The translations under genes were made by a program, and so were the position numbers. From NCBI GenBank assembly GCA_019695335.1, contig JAIBAF010000002.1, positions 64,474 to 128,473 of the forward strand: DNA of 64,000 nucleotides. The letters are read 5' to 3'. The notes under the pieces are model-generated. The model was not told the DNA's origin. It worked only from the letters and a program-made list of their open reading frames with translations, and searched no databases. Shown in pieces: positions 9,612 to 19,899 of this stretch. This DNA comes from a bacterium. Its GTDB lineage: Bacteria; CLD3; SB21. Within the stretch, counting starts at the first letter, position 1; every line of letters begins with the position of its first letter.

Positions 9612-10082
9612 TTAACGTTTGATTTTTAAAACTTTCAATTGCATTTCGCCGGCCGGAATCTGGATTTTGGCGATTTCGCCAACGCCTTTTCCCAATAAGC
9701 CTTTTCCAATAGGGGAATTGACAGAAATTTTTCCATTTTCCCAATCGGCATCGTTATCCGGAACAAGCGTGTACGAAAATTTATCTTTCGTCTTAACGTT
9801 TTGCAATTCAACCGTAGCCAAAATGTAAACTTTGTCTGTGGGAATGGATTCTTCATCGACGACGACCGCATTGACGATCTTCATCTTCATTTCATTGATG
9901 CGGTTTTGAAGGAGCTGAAGTTCCTCTTTGGCCGAATGATACTCCGCATTTTCCTTCAAGTCGCCGTGTTCACGCGCTACCTGTACGCGATGCGCGATTT
10001 CGGGACGTTTTACATTTTCCAGATACGTTACCTCCTCCTTCAGTTTTTTCAAACCTTCAGGGGTGAAGTATACTTTACTCAT
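9612..10082 (-). CDS. greA: Transcription elongation factor GreA
   Basis: N-terminal coiled-coil MSKVYFTPEGLKKLKEEVTYLE...DLKENAEYHSAKEE and a C-terminal FKBP-like domain. Confidence 0.9.
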   Translation of the reverse strand: MSKVYFTPEGLKKLKEEVTYLENVKRPEIAHRVQVAREHGDLKENAEYHSAKEELQLLQNRINEMKMKIVNAVVVDEESIPTDKVYILATVELQNVKTKDKFSYTLVPDNDADWENGKISVNSPIGKGLLGKGVGEIAKIQIPAGEMQLKVLKIKR

Positions 10083-10114
10083 AATTCTTCTTTTCTTTCC
10101 TTGGATAGATTGAT

Positions 10115-11308
10115 TTATTTTAAAATCGGAATAACACTTTCCTGCATCGGTGCGCCGGTCACGACGACGTCGTTATTTTCAGTGATATAGGCATCGATCT
10201 CACTCCGGATGCCAAAATCATTGTAAAAATATATTCCGGGCTCGATTGAAAAACACGTCCGCGGCAAAATTCGCCGGATATCTTTCGTTTCCATATTATC
10301 CATATTCGCGCCATTGCCGTGAACTTCTTCGCCAATGGAATGGCCGGTGCGGTGTATGAAATATTCGCCGTAACCTTTTGATACAATGTATTGGCGGCTG
10401 GCATCGTCAACTTGCCAACCGTAAACGGGCTGGCCTGATTTCAAATTTTTCTTCAGGAAATCGACAGCCGCATCACGCGCACCTTTGACGACTTGGAATA
10501 TTTTCTCATATTTTTCAGGAACGGTTTCACCGACATAACCGACCCAGGCATAATCCGCATAAACAGATCGCGGTGCTTTTTTCTTGGCCCACAAATCGAT
10601 CAGAACAAAATCGTCTTTTTTAATTTCTTTAAAAATCGTTTCCGTAGGCTCATAATGCGGATCGCCCGAATTTTCATTGACCGAGCAATTCGGCGCAGAG
10701 CTCGAATAAATATTTCGTTTTTCAAAACATTGCAGCATAAAATTTTGCACATCGAACTCAGTCAATTTTTTTCCGGCACGAATGTTTTCTTTAATGAATG
10801 CAAAAGCTTCGTGAACCGTTTCGATCAAGCCTTTACCGGCTTCCTGGTGCATTTGCCACTGCTCATTATCCCACGTGGCGTCAAAGATTTGTACTAAATC
10901 GGCCGAAGAAACGATCTCTGCTCCGGTTGCTTTACGAACCATCTCGACAGTTCCCGCATCGACGATAGAGACATACGGAATGGCACACTCATGCGAATAT
11001 TCCATCGCGACCTTTTTGGCGCCGCCTGTAATTTTTTTCAAGCCTGTTTCGAGTTCTTGCCAGCTGGAAAAAACCGTTTTATCGCCCGGTACGGAATCTA
11101 ATGATCCGCGTTCAATACTGTGAACGAGTTTTTGCGGCGTTCCGTTGGCCGGAATATAGTAATAATAACGGCGCATCAGTACGAGATGCGATGGAAGATC
11201 CAAAATACGGTCGACGATCGGATTGTTTTTACGAAAACTGTACATCAGCCAACCATCGAATCCCAATTGGCGGATAGCATTTTGAATATCGGTCAGTTTA
11301 ATTTTCAT
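10115..11308 (-). CDS. M24-family Xaa-Pro aminopeptidase / creatinase-fold metallopeptidase
   Basis: HRTGHSIGEEVHG and downstream metal-ligand pattern of the pita-bread fold; N-terminal creatinase-like domain. Confidence 0.85.
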   Translation of the reverse strand: MKIKLTDIQNAIRQLGFDGWLMYSFRKNNPIVDRILDLPSHLVLMRRYYYYIPANGTPQKLVHSIERGSLDSVPGDKTVFSSWQELETGLKKITGGAKKVAMEYSHECAIPYVSIVDAGTVEMVRKATGAEIVSSADLVQIFDATWDNEQWQMHQEAGKGLIETVHEAFAFIKENIRAGKKLTEFDVQNFMLQCFEKRNIYSSSAPNCSVNENSGDPHYEPTETIFKEIKKDDFVLIDLWAKKKAPRSVYADYAWVGYVGETVPEKYEKIFQVVKGARDAAVDFLKKNLKSGQPVYGWQVDDASRQYIVSKGYGEYFIHRTGHSIGEEVHGNGANMDNMETKDIRRILPRTCFSIEPGIYFYNDFGIRSEIDAYITENNDVVVTGAPMQESVIPILK

Positions 11309-11322
11309 GGCGGTTCCTTTTC

Positions 11323-12321
11323 CTAAAAGTGTGTGTATCCACCGGCAGTAAGCGGAAGCTCTTTATTGCCCGAGCGAAGAATAATTTTTTTACCGGATGT
11401 GATTTCGCCGATCATTGTAAGTTGTTTTTTGAAAAAATATTTCGCTTTTTCAAAATTTTTCATAGACATCGTTACCAAAAGCTCGTAATCCTCTCCCCCG
11501 TCCAGCGCATAGTCATACACATTTTTTGTGTATTGGTCAGATACTTTGCGGGTTTCCCGATGAATCGGCAAACGATCGCAATTAATAACCGCGCCAACAC
11601 GGCTTGCTTCGCACAAATGCCGCAAATCGGATGACAAACCGTCGCTCAAGTCAATGCAAGCGTTTAAAGGAATACATCGTTTCAGGCACAGTTCAATAAA
11701 ATCAAATCGAGGTACAGGACGAAGATGCCGGTTAATCACATGTGAAAAAAACCGGTTATTTTTATTATTCTTCAAAACCTGTAAGCCTGCATGCGACGAT
11801 CCCAGATAACCGGTCACAGCAATAACATCGCCCGGTTTGGCTGAAGAACGTTTGAGCCATCGATTTTTTCTGGCTTCGCCTAAAACTGTAATAGTCACGG
11901 ACAATTCAGAAGCGCTTTTGGCAATATTGCCGCCGATGATCGTTGTATTAAAACGGCGGCCAGCTTTTTTTAATCCGCGATATAAATCCTGGATATTCTC
12001 AACACTCAATTTATCGGGCAAAATCAGATTAACCAAAGCCCATTTAGGCCGGCCGGCCATCGCCGCAATATCGCTTAAATTGATCGCCAGAGCTTTCCAA
12101 CCGAGCGACTGAAAATCCGTATATCGGAGATCAAAATGCACGCCTTCGATCATAGTGTCCACCGTCGCGATCGAAAAGTAGCCTTTGGGAGTTTCAAAAA
12201 TTGCCGCGTCGTCCCCGATACCCAAATGCAATCGATTGCTCCGGCCGCTTAAGCCTAAAATTGCCTGAATTTTGTCAATGAGCCCGAATTCCCCAATGTC
12301 GCTGATTCGCATAATAACCAA
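11323..12321 (-). CDS. thiL: Thiamine-monophosphate kinase
   Basis: AIR-synthase-related fold: GEFGLIDKI...GDDAAIF...ATVDTMIEGVHF. Confidence 0.85.
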   Translation of the reverse strand: MVIMRISDIGEFGLIDKIQAILGLSGRSNRLHLGIGDDAAIFETPKGYFSIATVDTMIEGVHFDLRYTDFQSLGWKALAINLSDIAAMAGRPKWALVNLILPDKLSVENIQDLYRGLKKAGRRFNTTIIGGNIAKSASELSVTITVLGEARKNRWLKRSSAKPGDVIAVTGYLGSSHAGLQVLKNNKNNRFFSHVINRHLRPVPRFDFIELCLKRCIPLNACIDLSDGLSSDLRHLCEASRVGAVINCDRLPIHRETRKVSDQYTKNVYDYALDGGEDYELLVTMSMKNFEKAKYFFKKQLTMIGEITSGKKIILRSGNKELPLTAGGYTHF

Positions 12322-12463
12322 CGCTTCTCAAAATCGGTTGAATATAACCGAATGGAGGCATTTAATCAAAGGATTTTATGGTTGCCCGCTTGACTTTGCG
12401 GGCATCTTCGCTTAAAATAATACGGTTCACTATACGTCATTATTTTCCGAAAGCACCTTCCTC

Positions 12464-14770
12464 ATGCGATTCTACCTTGCTATGAGAATCCATTGGTTTT
12501 TGCTATACCTGCCGGTTTTGATACAAGCGCAGGAGTTGCTTGTTCCCGACGGGCATATCGCCCCACTCACACGCATCGTACTGACACCCGATGAAAAATA
12601 TTTTGTAACCTTAAGTACGGATGAAACCGCCCGACTTTGGGACCTTGCAACAGGGGCGTTTATCCGAATCTATGACGATGCCAGTGGCTCCATATGTATC
12701 ACGCCCAATGGAAAATTTCTGGTCACAGGAAGTCCATATATTTTCAAACCTGACAGCACAATTCGGGTTCGCCGCATTGACAATGGCCAGATCGTACGTC
12801 AAATCAAAGGGCAAAACGTCATTGGCTTAAGCGAGGATGGCCTTAAAATGTTGTTTTATGATTGTATTGGCCGGAAAATGGCCATCAAACTTTCCGGGCT
12901 ACTCGTCGGACAACCAATCGTCTTGTTTACAATTGATTCAGCAACCGCATTGGCGGTTTCGAAAGATTTGTCATTACTCGCGGCCGGGTTTGAAAACGGG
13001 GAAATAGCAATTTATGAAACTAAAACCGGTAATTTAAAAGCAGTCTTCCATGAGCATGCAGAGGAAATTACAAAACTCAATTTCACCGATGATCAGAAAT
13101 ATCTTATTTCCGGCGGCGGCGATCGATTTATTAAAATTTTCGATTTGAATAATGGAAGTGTTCGTTCAGTATGGGCTAATTTTAACAAAGCGCTGGCGAT
13201 TGATCCGCAACAGCAATATGTTTTATCGTCCAGCTTCGATAATACTTTGGAGATGTTTGATTTTAAAGACGGCAACTGGATTCGCCTGATCGATCACAAT
13301 GCGTATTCGATCGCCGACATTGCGCTCACGCAAAACGGTGAACTGCTGATCGAAGCCTGTACCGATAAAAAAGTAAAGATCATTAATCTCAAAACACAAG
13401 AAGTTGTACAGGAAATCGGCGCACAAAGTCTGTTTGTTTCCCATCTTGCTGTCAGCGGAGACGACCGCTATCTCATTGCTTCGAGTTATGACAACCTGAT
13501 TCGCGTGTGGGATCTGAAAACCGGCGAATTGTCTAAGACTATTCCGTCGCAAGGCGTGATGCAAACTTATCTGAATGATTCGCTTGATCTGATCACATCC
13601 ATCAGCGCGGGGCCATCGGCGGAAATAAAAAAATTTTCGACAGGCGAAGAAATAAAAATGTTTGCCAATCATGAATTTTTATGTTTTGCGATCGCGTTCG
13701 ATGCGCGGCAAACGCGCGTGGCCACGGGCGGATACGACCGGAAAATTCATGTGTGGTCATTCCCGGAAAGTCGTTTCGAACAAACTTTTTTGGGTCATTC
13801 GGGTAATATCATGGCTTTGTGTTTTTCAAAGGACGGACGTTATCTTGCGTCATCGGCTTTCGACAAAACATTACGTGTTTGGGATTTAGAAACCGGTAAA
13901 GCAAAGTATGTTTTTAATAACGGTCTGATCAACCAAATGATTTTAAAAAATGATAGTTTGCTTTTCGGAGCCGGACAAGATGGAGCTATTTCTGTCTGGA
14001 ATTTTTCAGACGGCACGTTGTTACGAAAAATCAAAGCGCATGATCGCCCGATCGCCAGCATTGCACTATATGGTAATGTACTTGCATCGGCGAGTGAAGA
14101 TCATACCATACGGTTGTGGAATTGTGAAAATGGAAAATTGCTTCAGACGCTCGAAGGCCATACGGCGATGTTAAATTATGTTGTATTTACCCATGACGGT
14201 AAGCGTCTGATTTCTGCCGCTCATGACGGTGCGATCAAAATCTGGGACGTTGCGACGGGTAAACTGATAGCAACGATGATTGGGTTCCGTAACGGTGAAT
14301 GGATTACGTGTGCCGAAAACGGTAATTACGTCGCGTCAAAAAACGGCGATGCTTACGTTCACTGGCGCGTGGATAATGAAGTTTTTAGTCTGAAACAATT
14401 TTCTGAAATTCATAAAAACCGCGAAAGTGTTGCGAATATACTTCAATCGACGGTTTACAACGAGTCGAAATTTCAATTCAGCCTCCCGCCGCACGTTGAA
14501 ATTATAAGGCCTTACAGCCAACCGTCCATTAATCAGGGCGAATTGAAACTGGAGATCGCCGCAAAGGGTCGCAATGAAGATCTGATTTTTGAAGTGTACC
14601 TCAACGATGCACTTGTACTCACCAAAAAAGAATTAAAGGTTAGCGAGTTGATAACGCACATGAACGTTAAGTTGATAGCAGGAAATAACCGGATTACGGT
14701 GATTGCGCAGAATGGAAGGGGAATTAAAAGCAGTGAATCGAAGATGTATGTTTATTACAACGGATGGTGA
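12464..14770 (+). CDS. Secreted WD40 beta-propeller repeat protein (768 aa) with N-terminal signal peptide
   Basis: Signal peptide MRIHWFLLYLPVLIQAQE; many WD repeats (LRVWDLETG, IRLWNCENG, IKIWDVATG...); about 100-aa C-terminal non-WD domain. Confidence 0.8.
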   Translation: MRFYLAMRIHWFLLYLPVLIQAQELLVPDGHIAPLTRIVLTPDEKYFVTLSTDETARLWDLATGAFIRIYDDASGSICITPNGKFLVTGSPYIFKPDSTIRVRRIDNGQIVRQIKGQNVIGLSEDGLKMLFYDCIGRKMAIKLSGLLVGQPIVLFTIDSATALAVSKDLSLLAAGFENGEIAIYETKTGNLKAVFHEHAEEITKLNFTDDQKYLISGGGDRFIKIFDLNNGSVRSVWANFNKALAIDPQQQYVLSSSFDNTLEMFDFKDGNWIRLIDHNAYSIADIALTQNGELLIEACTDKKVKIINLKTQEVVQEIGAQSLFVSHLAVSGDDRYLIASSYDNLIRVWDLKTGELSKTIPSQGVMQTYLNDSLDLITSISAGPSAEIKKFSTGEEIKMFANHEFLCFAIAFDARQTRVATGGYDRKIHVWSFPESRFEQTFLGHSGNIMALCFSKDGRYLASSAFDKTLRVWDLETGKAKYVFNNGLINQMILKNDSLLFGAGQDGAISVWNFSDGTLLRKIKAHDRPIASIALYGNVLASASEDHTIRLWNCENGKLLQTLEGHTAMLNYVVFTHDGKRLISAAHDGAIKIWDVATGKLIATMIGFRNGEWITCAENGNYVASKNGDAYVHWRVDNEVFSLKQFSEIHKNRESVANILQSTVYNESKFQFSLPPHVEIIRPYSQPSINQGELKLEIAAKGRNEDLIFEVYLNDALVLTKKELKVSELITHMNVKLIAGNNRITVIAQNGRGIKSSESKMYVYYNGW

Positions 14771-15160
14771 TCAATTCCCGGATTTCGACGATTCCATATC
14801 GTATTCGAATTTTTTACAATAAAAACTGAGCGCTATCTCATCTTTCGTCAGCCCGCATTGATACGTAAAAGCAATTTTATCGTTTTCGACTTTAATGAAT
14901 GATTGCCGGAATTTACAAATCTGGCAATTTTTTTTCTGATTGGTCCGGATCGTATTTAAAGCTGAAGCATTCAACGCCTGCTGGTTTTCCTTGATCGTCG
15001 CTACAGTCGATTCATGCGTTTTGACCATTTCCTTAAAAATTTTATTAACTAATTTCAGATAATGGGCCACATGAATCATCGTTTTTCTAATTCGCATTAA
15101 AACATACAATTGTATGACCAGCAGTAAAGCAAATCCTGCGATAATGAGTATTTCGAGCAT
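14771..15160 (-). CDS. Hypothetical small membrane-anchored protein (N-terminal TM, coiled-coil, C-terminal Cys pairs)
   Basis: ORF track; hydrophobic N-terminus; CQIC...YQCG...YCKK. Confidence 0.35.
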   Translation of the reverse strand: MLEILIIAGFALLLVIQLYVLMRIRKTMIHVAHYLKLVNKIFKEMVKTHESTVATIKENQQALNASALNTIRTNQKKNCQICKFRQSFIKVENDKIAFTYQCGLTKDEIALSFYCKKFEYDMESSKSGN

Positions 15161-15481
15161 ATATTATAAAAGAAATTTATTTAATAATTACGTAAAAGTA
15201 GCGCAAAAAGAGATTAAAAGCAATTCCATTAATTTTATGGAAAAAATATCATTTTGAGTCTTATAGGTGAAAAGAAGTGAAAAATAAAATAACAATTTTT
15301 TACGCGCGTTAATTCAATAAAGACAGTTTGTTATGTTTTCTAGGGGTGAAATTTAATAATGTCCGATTTTTCTTATTGCATGAGATATTTCAGAATTTGT
15401 AATATACAAAGCTTTTCTTTGAGGGATTTCCCAATTTTCTCCCTTCTTTTCATTTCATAACAAATAATTTTAGGGGGCGTT

Positions 15482-15838
15482 ATGTTTGATTTCAAAGAAT
15501 GTGACGTAAATGAATTGGCAGACAAGCTCAATCTATCGACAAGGCAAATTCAAAGAATTGCATTATCCAGATTCAAAAAGCGACCTCATGCCTTTTTGGA
15601 ATCGTTGCGCCTCCATACGGCAATAAATGCTATTGTACATAGTAAACCTGTGTCGCTTGAAGCTGTAGCAAAATTTGCCGGTTTCAGAACGTACGATGCA
15701 TTTCGAAAATCTTTTCACCGGTGTTTTGGAATCGCCCCGTCAAAATGTAAAATCATTGCAGTTACTGCTCATGATAAATTCCAATTACTCAAGACATGGC
15801 AAAACAAAATCGAAAAGCGTTTTACTTTAAAGGAATAA
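15482..15838 (+). CDS. Small AraC/XylS-type HTH transcriptional regulator (DNA-binding domain only); candidate cluster regulator
   Basis: LADKLNLSTRQIQRI...FLE..RL..A...L......SL..VA...GF.....F.R.F....G..P AraC-type double-HTH pattern; AAGGAG-like RBS (tagggggcgttATG). Confidence 0.6.
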   Translation: MFDFKECDVNELADKLNLSTRQIQRIALSRFKKRPHAFLESLRLHTAINAIVHSKPVSLEAVAKFAGFRTYDAFRKSFHRCFGIAPSKCKIIAVTAHDKFQLLKTWQNKIEKRFTLKE

Positions 15839-15845
15839 GCGTACA

Positions 15846-18737
15846 ATGCAAATTTTTCCAAAAATACTAATGCGAATAGCTGCCGGACCTATCGCCGAAT
15901 TGCAGCAACTCGAAGCGCCGGAAACATTCAAACGAATTAAGCGCAAAATTGAACTCGAGCGACAGTTAGCTTCACAGAAACAATTGGTCTGCGACATGCT
16001 GTTTGAACACATCAAACTGGCATCCAATCAACAACTTTACCAGAAAAATCTGCTTAATTTAAAAAGGGACATTTTTAATCTTCGCAAATTCGATCATCCT
16101 AAAAATCTCGAAATCATAGCTGCGCTCCCGGCGGAACTCCGTAATGCGCTTGCGACTCTGGAGAGTTTGGTCAAAACACGCGATGATTGGTCACAAGCTG
16201 TTGACCGATTGTTTAATTCTGAATTGAATCAGGCGCACTCTGTTCTAAAAAATTTGGCTCGAAACCCATCTTTGCAAAAAGGCCTCGTTTTATCTTCGCA
16301 ATCACTTTTACAAAATGTTAACGAATTTATTGCCCGCACTGAAATGCCATCCCGCCGCGCTTTTCAAACTATCGAATCGCTGATGAAATATCTTTCACGC
16401 ACGTACGCCAAAACTTCTCCTTTCAGTACATTTACCCATCTTTCATTGGGTAATCTTTCTGACAATCAAAATTCATTCATTGAATTTGCAAGTGACATTA
16501 TCAGTGCATCTCAAAGCCACGTCCGGTTAAATAATTTTTTGTTCCAATATTTACACGGGCTTCTGATCAAGCATCCGGAAATCAGGAAAAAAATATGGCT
16601 TCGCCTGAATCCTACTTTGATGAAGGATGGTACCGATTACCGTTTTCTTACCAACCATAACAACGTCGAGGCATTTCAAAAAATTGAAGCGATTCCGGTA
16701 ATAGAAGTTTTTGTGTATCTATGCATGCAACGACCGGAAGGAATTTCTTACGAGGACCTCGTTCAAACCATTCTTTTGGAAGAATATATTGATGCACCGG
16801 TTGAAGAAATAGAAGGATTTCTTGACGAATTGATCAATTTCGGTCTGCTGGAATTCGATTTGCGCGTTTCAGGAATCGATCCGGATTGGGACGAGCGTTT
16901 GACCGGGCAATTGCATTTTTTACAAAATCCTTTAGCGATAGAATTAATTTCTTCTTTAAAAAACATCAGAAAAAAAGCTGAAGAATTTGCTCAAACAAAC
17001 GATGTCAAACATCGATATGAATTACTTAAAAGGACGCACGAGGAATTCAAAAATATCTGCAAGAAAATTTATATCTCCGCCGGTTTGGATGAAAAAGCTT
17101 TTGAACCGGTAACGCCTGCTCCATCTTCAAAACAAGAAAAAGAAAAAACAGAGAACGGCGACAATGAACTTCAGGAAAAAAATGAAAACGGCGAAGAGGT
17201 TTTTCAACGGGTAATTTCTACGGTTTTCCGATTCAAACCCGAACAAATGTATTACGAGGACTCCAGCTTAATACCGAAATTTTCGGTTCGAATGGATGTT
17301 ATTGCCGATAAAATTCAATCTTTAAATGTTTTGCTTGAAACTTTGTCACTTTTTGAAGGCCGTATGGATGAGTTTGATATCATGACCAACTACTTTGCAA
17401 AAAAATACGGCGATGAAGCATCGGTCAATCTGATTACTTTCTATGAGGATTTTTATCGCGATTACAAAAAACCCGAGGCCGAGCGTCAAGATCGGTTAAA
17501 GAACCAACATTACCGGCAATTTTTAAAGGATCAAACTATAACTCCCAAAGAAGAAAAGACAAAGGAAGAAATAAAAGAGGAAAAAATTGATGATGTTTCT
17601 CCGGCGATGATTATTTCGGAAATCGATGAACGAAACAAACTTCGCAAATTATGGCAGGAAGCTTTAGGACAACGGCTGCTCAAAACGCAAGGATTGTCGG
17701 ATGAACATAAAATTACGGTTGAAGACGTCCGTGAAATCAATCGTCAATTCAATTTAATCAGTCAAGATAATCAGGTGTCTTTGGGCGCTTTTCTGCAATG
17801 GTTCGAAGATCGGGGACAATTTAAAGCGGTTGTCAATGGCACTTTTCCGGGTTATGGGAAAATGTTCAGCCGTTTTTTACACGTTTTCGAACCGGAAAAC
17901 ACGCAAATGTTGCGGGAATGGAATCAGCATGTGATTCCGGAAAATGCAATATTTCTCGAAGACTGTGACGGATCTTACTTCAACGCCAATCTCCATCCGC
18001 CTTTGATGCCATTCGAAGTTCGAATTCCGGGCGGCCACAATAGCTTGAAAACCGATTTACAAATTCCTGTCACGGATTTGGCTGTAAGAATCGAAAGCCG
18101 GCAATTGATTCTTTATCACCAACCGAGCGGGAAACGTGTTTTTATATTTGATCTCGGCTTTCAAGGTCACGGCGGACGCTCACCCCTTTTTCAGCTTTTG
18201 GAAAAATTTACGGCGGCAAAATATTGGTCGGTTTATCCGGTTAACCAATCGATCAATCTTGCCGTTCAAAGCGCGCCTGAAAATAAAGAACAAAAAAACG
18301 TACAAATATCGCCTAGAATTATTTTTGAAGACTGGCTCGTTTTGCAAAGAAAGTCATGGTCCATTGACTGTAGCCAATTGCCGGTCAAAAAAAACGATGA
18401 AACGGAGGCCGCTTATTTTGTGAGAGCCAATGAATGGCGGATCGCTCTGGATATTCCTGACGAGGTTTTTGTGTTTGTCGCTTCCCGTGGAGGCCAGGAA
18501 ATGCTGAAACCGGAACAGGCACGTAAACTCCGCCGTGATGATTACAAACCGCAATACATTGCGTTCAAAAACCCGTTTTTGGTCCGGTTATTTAATAAAT
18601 GCGCGGAGAAAGCTCCTAATCGTTTGAAAATCGAAGAAATGCTTCCCGCATCCGATCAGTTATTGTCCATCGGCGATAAAAAACATGTTTCGGAATCTGT
18701 CATTCAATGGTATAAATTTAATGGCACAAATTTTTAA
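15846..18737 (+). CDS. Large protein (963 aa), proposed lanthipeptide dehydratase N-terminal (glutamylation) half of a split LanB
   Basis: Size and position immediately upstream of a separately encoded LanB C-terminal (SpaB_C) domain, in a cluster with LanC, LanT and precursors. I do not recognise specific motifs myself, so this is assigned mainly by context. Confidence 0.55.
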   Translation: MQIFPKILMRIAAGPIAELQQLEAPETFKRIKRKIELERQLASQKQLVCDMLFEHIKLASNQQLYQKNLLNLKRDIFNLRKFDHPKNLEIIAALPAELRNALATLESLVKTRDDWSQAVDRLFNSELNQAHSVLKNLARNPSLQKGLVLSSQSLLQNVNEFIARTEMPSRRAFQTIESLMKYLSRTYAKTSPFSTFTHLSLGNLSDNQNSFIEFASDIISASQSHVRLNNFLFQYLHGLLIKHPEIRKKIWLRLNPTLMKDGTDYRFLTNHNNVEAFQKIEAIPVIEVFVYLCMQRPEGISYEDLVQTILLEEYIDAPVEEIEGFLDELINFGLLEFDLRVSGIDPDWDERLTGQLHFLQNPLAIELISSLKNIRKKAEEFAQTNDVKHRYELLKRTHEEFKNICKKIYISAGLDEKAFEPVTPAPSSKQEKEKTENGDNELQEKNENGEEVFQRVISTVFRFKPEQMYYEDSSLIPKFSVRMDVIADKIQSLNVLLETLSLFEGRMDEFDIMTNYFAKKYGDEASVNLITFYEDFYRDYKKPEAERQDRLKNQHYRQFLKDQTITPKEEKTKEEIKEEKIDDVSPAMIISEIDERNKLRKLWQEALGQRLLKTQGLSDEHKITVEDVREINRQFNLISQDNQVSLGAFLQWFEDRGQFKAVVNGTFPGYGKMFSRFLHVFEPENTQMLREWNQHVIPENAIFLEDCDGSYFNANLHPPLMPFEVRIPGGHNSLKTDLQIPVTDLAVRIESRQLILYHQPSGKRVFIFDLGFQGHGGRSPLFQLLEKFTAAKYWSVYPVNQSINLAVQSAPENKEQKNVQISPRIIFEDWLVLQRKSWSIDCSQLPVKKNDETEAAYFVRANEWRIALDIPDEVFVFVASRGGQEMLKPEQARKLRRDDYKPQYIAFKNPFLVRLFNKCAEKAPNRLKIEEMLPASDQLLSIGDKKHVSESVIQWYKFNGTNF

Positions 18738-18750
18738 ACTAAAAAAACCG

Positions 18751-18773
18751 ACTCTGAACTTGTTTCAGAGTCT
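18751..18773 (+). terminator. Perfect hairpin (GACTCTGAA-cttgt-TTCAGAGTC) between the two LanB halves; possible attenuator or partial terminator
   Basis: 9-bp perfect inverted repeat 14 nt after the stop codon; weak T-run after it. Confidence 0.4.
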
Positions 18774-18884
18774 CTAATTCTTCAGAATGGTATTGCACAG
18801 ACTCCTTCCGCCTCAGTGAATCGGAGTGATGAAAGTGTCTGCTATTCTGCAACCAAATAATTTTCAATTCTTAATTTTTAATTT

Positions 18885-19889
18885 ATGAAAAATGTCTGGA
18901 CGTCTGCTTATTTCTTTTACGCCGAGCCTTGGGAAAATTTTCTGTCGAAAACAGTCCACCCTTTTATCCAAAATGTAATGAAAGAAAAATTGGCCGATCA
19001 GTTTTTCTTTATCCGTTATTGGGAAAAAGGCCCGCATATTCGGTTGCGCTTCAAAGGCGAAGATAATATTATCGAGAAGAAGCTTAAACCTTATTTAACG
19101 GATTATTTTACCGATTTTTTTAAAGCACGGCCATCTCAACGCTATGAGCCGGAATGGATAAAACAATTGCCGCCCGAAAAAGCATGGTTTCCCAATAACA
19201 GCATTCAATGGGTGGATTACGAACCGGAAATCGAGCGCTATAGCGGGCAAGCAGGAATACTCATTGCCGAAAAGCAATTCGAAATATCGTCAAAAGTGGT
19301 ATTGTCCATTATCGAAGAAAACCGATCATGGAGTTATGACAGCGCTTTGGGCGCCGCAGTGCAATTGCATTTGGGTTTTGCTTATGCGATGGGTATGAGT
19401 CTTTATGAGGCGAAATATTTTTTTTCAGTGATTGCAGAGGGATGGATGTCCAGTGCGGTTGGACACAGTCTTTCGGCAGAAAATTTTCAGGAAAAAAAGA
19501 ATGAAATTTTGAAGGTTTTTGAGGAACATTTTAATAAGCAGCAATCGGAGCTTATACCGTTTCAGCAAACTTTGTGGGAAGCGCTCATCGATCATGCCGA
19601 TTTCGAGCAGGCATGGCTGAATGACTGGCTGCACGGTATGAAGGGTATTCTGACTGAATTGAACGGACTTTATTCAAAAAATAAATTGATCTTTCCAAAA
19701 AGTTTTAGAATCAATGACCAAATTGATGTTCCATCGAAACGCCAGTTATTGTGGTCGATCTGGACGAGTTATATTCACATGACCAATAACCGCTTGGGAA
19801 TCCAAAATCAGGATGAAGCTTTTTTGGGATATTTACTCAAAAGGAGTTTGGAAATTTGGCTGAGCGGTGACACGCACTGCCTGTGGTAA
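18885..19889 (+). CDS. Lanthipeptide dehydratase C-terminal elimination domain (SpaB_C / thiopeptide-type bacteriocin biosynthesis domain), stand-alone
   Basis: FFFIRYWEKGPHIRLRFKG and YEPEIERYSGQAG match the FFIRY..PHIRLRI and Y..EVERYGG motifs I recall from the NisB elimination domain. Confidence 0.8.
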   Translation: MKNVWTSAYFFYAEPWENFLSKTVHPFIQNVMKEKLADQFFFIRYWEKGPHIRLRFKGEDNIIEKKLKPYLTDYFTDFFKARPSQRYEPEWIKQLPPEKAWFPNNSIQWVDYEPEIERYSGQAGILIAEKQFEISSKVVLSIIEENRSWSYDSALGAAVQLHLGFAYAMGMSLYEAKYFFSVIAEGWMSSAVGHSLSAENFQEKKNEILKVFEEHFNKQQSELIPFQQTLWEALIDHADFEQAWLNDWLHGMKGILTELNGLYSKNKLIFPKSFRINDQIDVPSKRQLLWSIWTSYIHMTNNRLGIQNQDEAFLGYLLKRSLEIWLSGDTHCLW

Positions 19890-19899
19890 GAAAAAACAC

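Noticed and set aside
9379-9744. 121-aa version of the small membrane ORF overlapping greA by 130 nt, and the 35021 start of the HD-GYP gene overlapping bioY
   Set aside because: Internal ATG codons (9607..9609 and 35111..35113) give non-overlapping genes with sensible N-termini. The longer forms are likely ORF-finder over-extensions.
12380-12420. Hairpin GCCCGC-ttgacttt-GCGGGC between the divergent thiL and WD40 genes as a terminator
   Set aside because: It lies upstream of both genes in a divergent promoter region, with no T-tract in either orientation. It is more likely a regulatory palindrome or coincidental.
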